DNA from: Aeromonas bestiarum
GTDB lineage: Bacteria; Pseudomonadota; Gammaproteobacteria; Enterobacterales; Aeromonadaceae
Direction: 5' to 3'
NCBI RefSeq assembly: GCF_000819745.1
Contig: NZ_CDDA01000037.1
Coordinates: forward strand, 71,744-95,743
DNA: 24,000 nt
Positions 21,121-24,000 of this stretch are shown here, one piece after another. The position numbers and the translations under genes are program-made. The first letter of the stretch is position 1; each line of letters starts with the position of its first letter. The notes below the pieces were generated by a model. It saw nothing but the letters and a program-made list of their open reading frames with translations. It had not been told where the DNA came from and searched no databases.

Positions 21121-24000
21121 ATGAAAAAGACCAAAGTGGCGCTGGTAACAGCCTCACTGCTCGCGCTTTTGTCCGGCTGCAATGACAACAGCTCCTCCCC
21201 CACCCCTGACCCCACTGACGGCCCCGTCGCCCGTCTGCCCAATGTGCAACCTCCTGCCGAGCAACTGGTGGCCGGGCCCGATCAGGCGGTGATCGCCCTG
21301 GTGGATACCCAGACCAGCGCGGCGCGCGGGGTGGATGGCCCCTTCGCCAACTACAGCCTGCACCTGTGGAACAACGACGCCTGCAGCGCCACCGCCGAGA
21401 GCGGCCTCAACGCGGGCTGGGATGACAAGGTCAATACCCCGGCGGCGGCCGACGGCTTCGGCCCCAGCTGGGTGGTGCCCCTTAGCAAGCTGGAAGGCTG
21501 CATCAACTTTATCGCCCGCAACGGCGATCTGGCCAACCTGACCGGCAGCGACATGAAGGTGGTCTTCAGCGATCACCCGGATCGCACAGTGGCCATCGTC
21601 GCGGGCAAGAGCGAGGTCTTCGGCAGCCGTGCCGACGCCTTCACCGCCGCCTTTGGCGTGGCGGGGGCCAGTGCCCACCTGATCGACGGCAACACCCTGA
21701 TCTGGCAAGGGGGCAAGGACAAGCCCCATGTCCGCCTCTATTACACAGAGTCCGGCACCATCAAGGCCAATGCGGAAGGGGTATTCGACTTCCCCTACAT
21801 CACCCTTACCCCGACCAGCCTGACCGCCGAACAGCAGGCCAAGTATCCGCACCTCAAGGATGCCGCCGCCTTCGCCCTGCCGGCAGGCAAGGACCTCAAG
21901 CCCCTGCTCAAGGGCGAGCTGGTGGCCATAGGCACAGATGCCGACGGCATACTGCAGGGGGCAACGCTGGTGCAGAGCGCCGGTGCCCTCGATGCCCTCT
22001 ATGCCGACGCTGCCGCCAAGCTGGCCTATGGCGCCGTGGTCGAGGGGGGCAATGTCACCTTCCGGCTGTGGGCGCCGACCGCCAAGTCGGTCAAGCTGGC
22101 ACTGTTCGATGACAAGCACAGGGCGCTGGGCGAGCGCACCATGACTCGGGACGAGGCCAGCGGCAGCTGGAGCGTGCAGGGCGGCAGCGAGCTGGTAGGC
22201 AAGTTCTACCGCTACGACATTCAGGTTTATCACCCGGTCAGCCGCAAGCTGGAATCCTATCAGGTGACAGACCCCTACTCCCTGAGCCTGGCGATGAACT
22301 CAGAGTTCAGCCAGGTGGTGGATCTCAATGATCCGGCCCTCAAGCCGGAAGGGTGGGACAGCCTGAAGGCGCCCCACAGCCAGCAGAACCCTGCCGACAT
22401 CACCATCTATGAGGCCCATGTCCGCGATCTGACCGGCAACGACGACTCCACCTTGCCTGCACACCGCGGCAAGTTCCTGGGGCTGACCGACAGCGACAGC
22501 GTGCCGGTCAAGCACCTGCAGGCGCTGGCCAAGAGCGGCGTCAGCCACCTGCATCTGCTGCCCGTGTTCGACATCGCCACCGTCAACGAGGATCCGGCCA
22601 AGGTGGCCAACATCAGCGACGACTTCAGCAAGCTGTGTCAGGTCAACCCCGAGGTGCAGAACTCCAAGTTCGCCAGCCATTGCGGCGGCGGTCAGACCAT
22701 AGAGGCCGTGCTCACCGATCTGCAGGGGGCCGACAGCAAGGAGAACCTGCAGGTGCAGGAGCTTTACGGCTATCTGCGCGGGGTGGACTCCTTCAACTGG
22801 GGTTATGACCCTTACCACTACACGGCGCCGGAAGGCTCCTACGCCACCAACGCCGAGGGCAGCCAGCGCATCCTGGAGTTCCGCGAGATGGTCAAGGCCA
22901 TCAAGCAGAACATCGGCATGAACGTGGTGATGGACGTGGTCTACAACCACACCAACGAGGCAGGCCTGGGTCCCAAATCGGTGCTCGACAAGATAGTGCC
23001 CTGGTACTATCAGCGCCTCAATCCGGAGACCGGCTCGGTGGAGAACTCCACCTGCTGCTCCAACACGGCGCCGGAACACGCCATGTTCGCCAAGCTGATG
23101 GATGACTCCCTGGTCACCTGGGCCCGCGACTACAAGATCGATGCCTTCCGCTTCGACCTGATGGGCCACCACCCGAAAGATCAGATGGTGCAGGCGCTGG
23201 CCGCGGTGAAGCAGGTCAACCCCGAGATGTACTTCTACGGCGAGGGCTGGAACTTCGGCGAGGTGCAGGATGACAAGCGCTTCGTGCAGGCGACCCAGAA
23301 ACACCTGGGCGGCACCGGCATAGGCTCCTTCTCCGACCGGCTGCGGGATGCGGTGCGCGGCGGCAGTCCGTTTGACGGCGGCGACACCATTCGCAAAACC
23401 CAGGGCTTTGGCAACGGCGCCCTGGTGGATGCCAACGAGATGGACGGCGTCGAGCTAGCCACGGCGCTGCACCAATCCGACCTGGTTCGCCTCGGCATGG
23501 CCGGCAACCTCAAGGATTTCGTGCTGACCGACAAGGATGGCATGCCGAAGAAGGGCTCCGACATCGACTACAACGGTCAAGCTGCGGGTTATGCCCAGGA
23601 TCCGACCGAGATCCAGAACTATGTCGACAAGCACGACAACCAGACCCTGTTCGACAACCTGATCTACAAGGCGCCGGAAGGAGCCGATCTGGTGCGGATG
23701 CAGGGGGTGTCGCTGGCCACCGCCATGCTGGGGCAGGGCATTCCGTTTACCCACGCCGGTGTCGAGCTGCTGCGCTCCAAATCCATGGAGCGGGACAGCT
23801 ACGACTCGGGTGACTGGTACAACAGAGTCGACTACACCCTTGCCGACAACAACTTCAACAAGGGGTTGCCGCGCAAGGACAAGGATGGCGACAACTATCC
23901 GCTGATCGAGCAGGTGCTCGACAAGCACGTCAAGCCGAGCGGGGCCGACATGGCGACCATGGTGGGCTTCTACCAGGAGCTGGCCGAGCTGCGTCAATCC
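21121..24000 (+). CDS. pulA: Pullulanase (type I, GH13, Klebsiella PulA-like) lipoprotein; the 3' end is outside the window
   Basis: - The frame is open from ATG 21121 (alternative ATG 21115) to the window end, so it is not listed in the ORF track.
- The lipoprotein signal is MKKTKVALVTASLLALLSG/CNDN.
- GH13 conserved regions are present: MDVVYNHT (I), DAFRFDLMGH (II), YFYGEGWNF (III) and YVDKHDNQTL (IV).
- The three long minus-strand ORFs in this span are shadows. Confidence 0.9.
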   Translation, partial: MKKTKVALVTASLLALLSGCNDNSSSPTPDPTDGPVARLPNVQPPAEQLVAGPDQAVIALVDTQTSAARGVDGPFANYSLHLWNNDACSATAESGLNAGWDDKVNTPAAADGFGPSWVVPLSKLEGCINFIARNGDLANLTGSDMKVVFSDHPDRTVAIVAGKSEVFGSRADAFTAAFGVAGASAHLIDGNTLIWQGGKDKPHVRLYYTESGTIKANAEGVFDFPYITLTPTSLTAEQQAKYPHLKDAAAFALPAGKDLKPLLKGELVAIGTDADGILQGATLVQSAGALDALYADAAAKLAYGAVVEGGNVTFRLWAPTAKSVKLALFDDKHRALGERTMTRDEASGSWSVQGGSELVGKFYRYDIQVYHPVSRKLESYQVTDPYSLSLAMNSEFSQVVDLNDPALKPEGWDSLKAPHSQQNPADITIYEAHVRDLTGNDDSTLPAHRGKFLGLTDSDSVPVKHLQALAKSGVSHLHLLPVFDIATVNEDPAKVANISDDFSKLCQVNPEVQNSKFASHCGGGQTIEAVLTDLQGADSKENLQVQELYGYLRGVDSFNWGYDPYHYTAPEGSYATNAEGSQRILEFREMVKAIKQNIGMNVVMDVVYNHTNEAGLGPKSVLDKIVPWYYQRLNPETGSVENSTCCSNTAPEHAMFAKLMDDSLVTWARDYKIDAFRFDLMGHHPKDQMVQALAAVKQVNPEMYFYGEGWNFGEVQDDKRFVQATQKHLGGTGIGSFSDRLRDAVRGGSPFDGGDTIRKTQGFGNGALVDANEMDGVELATALHQSDLVRLGMAGNLKDFVLTDKDGMPKKGSDIDYNGQAAGYAQDPTEIQNYVDKHDNQTLFDNLIYKAPEGADLVRMQGVSLATAMLGQGIPFTHAGVELLRSKSMERDSYDSGDWYNRVDYTLADNNFNKGLPRKDKDGDNYPLIEQVLDKHVKPSGADMATMVGFYQELAELRQS

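Noticed and set aside
21154-23997. Minus-strand ORFs 21154..22233, 22300..23304 and 23455..23997. These are the only ORFs the track lists for this span.
   Set aside because: The plus strand is open for the entire span. It encodes a lipoprotein signal plus all four GH13 conserved regions of a pullulanase. It is missing from the track only because it has no stop codon inside the window.
1-24000. Mobile elements, a genomic island, a defence system, a toxin-antitoxin pair, a CRISPR array, or tRNA/rRNA genes.
   Set aside because: - There are no integrase, transposase or recombinase genes, no terminal inverted or direct repeats, and no tRNA target.
- There is no compositional break larger than an ordinary intergenic region.
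- Every sizeable ORF is accounted for by a housekeeping or metabolic family, or by the single 136-aa orphan gene.

Overview
This is a GC-rich gammaproteobacterial chromosomal segment. Gene content and protein sequences look Aeromonas-like, which is an inference and not searched. It reads as ordinary core or housekeeping DNA. I see no tRNA or rRNA genes, CRISPR array, integrase, transposase, phage genes or recognisable defence genes.

Gene order:
- The 3' end of a coiled-coil protein gene.
- About 0.7 kb of non-coding leader.
- A complete pgaABCD operon (poly-beta-1,6-N-acetylglucosamine biofilm polysaccharide) with its terminator.
- A gene for a 6-TM ferric-reductase-domain protein fused to FAD/NAD(P)H domains (NOX-like). 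Its 3' end overlaps, convergently, a 1049-aa tricorn-like S41/PDZ/beta-propeller protease gene.
- A small YkuD L,D-transpeptidase gene.
- azlCD.
- The orphan glycyl-radical pair yjjI-yjjW.
- A DUF1820-like small protein gene.
- A LysR regulator gene.
- tyrB.
- A divergent rcnR / CDF (dmeF-like) Ni/Co module with an RcnR-type operator.
- An unrecognised 136-aa protein gene.
- The 5' 2.9 kb of a lipoprotein pullulanase gene (pulA), running off the window.

I could not identify a convincing new multi-gene system. The least understood content is:
- the YjjI/YjjW glycyl radical enzyme pair, whose substrate is unknown;
- the bacterial NOX-like flavocytochrome;
- the long pgaA leader;
- the 136-aa orphan gene.

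Most long ORFs in the supplied track that lie antisense to these genes are GC-driven shadow ORFs.
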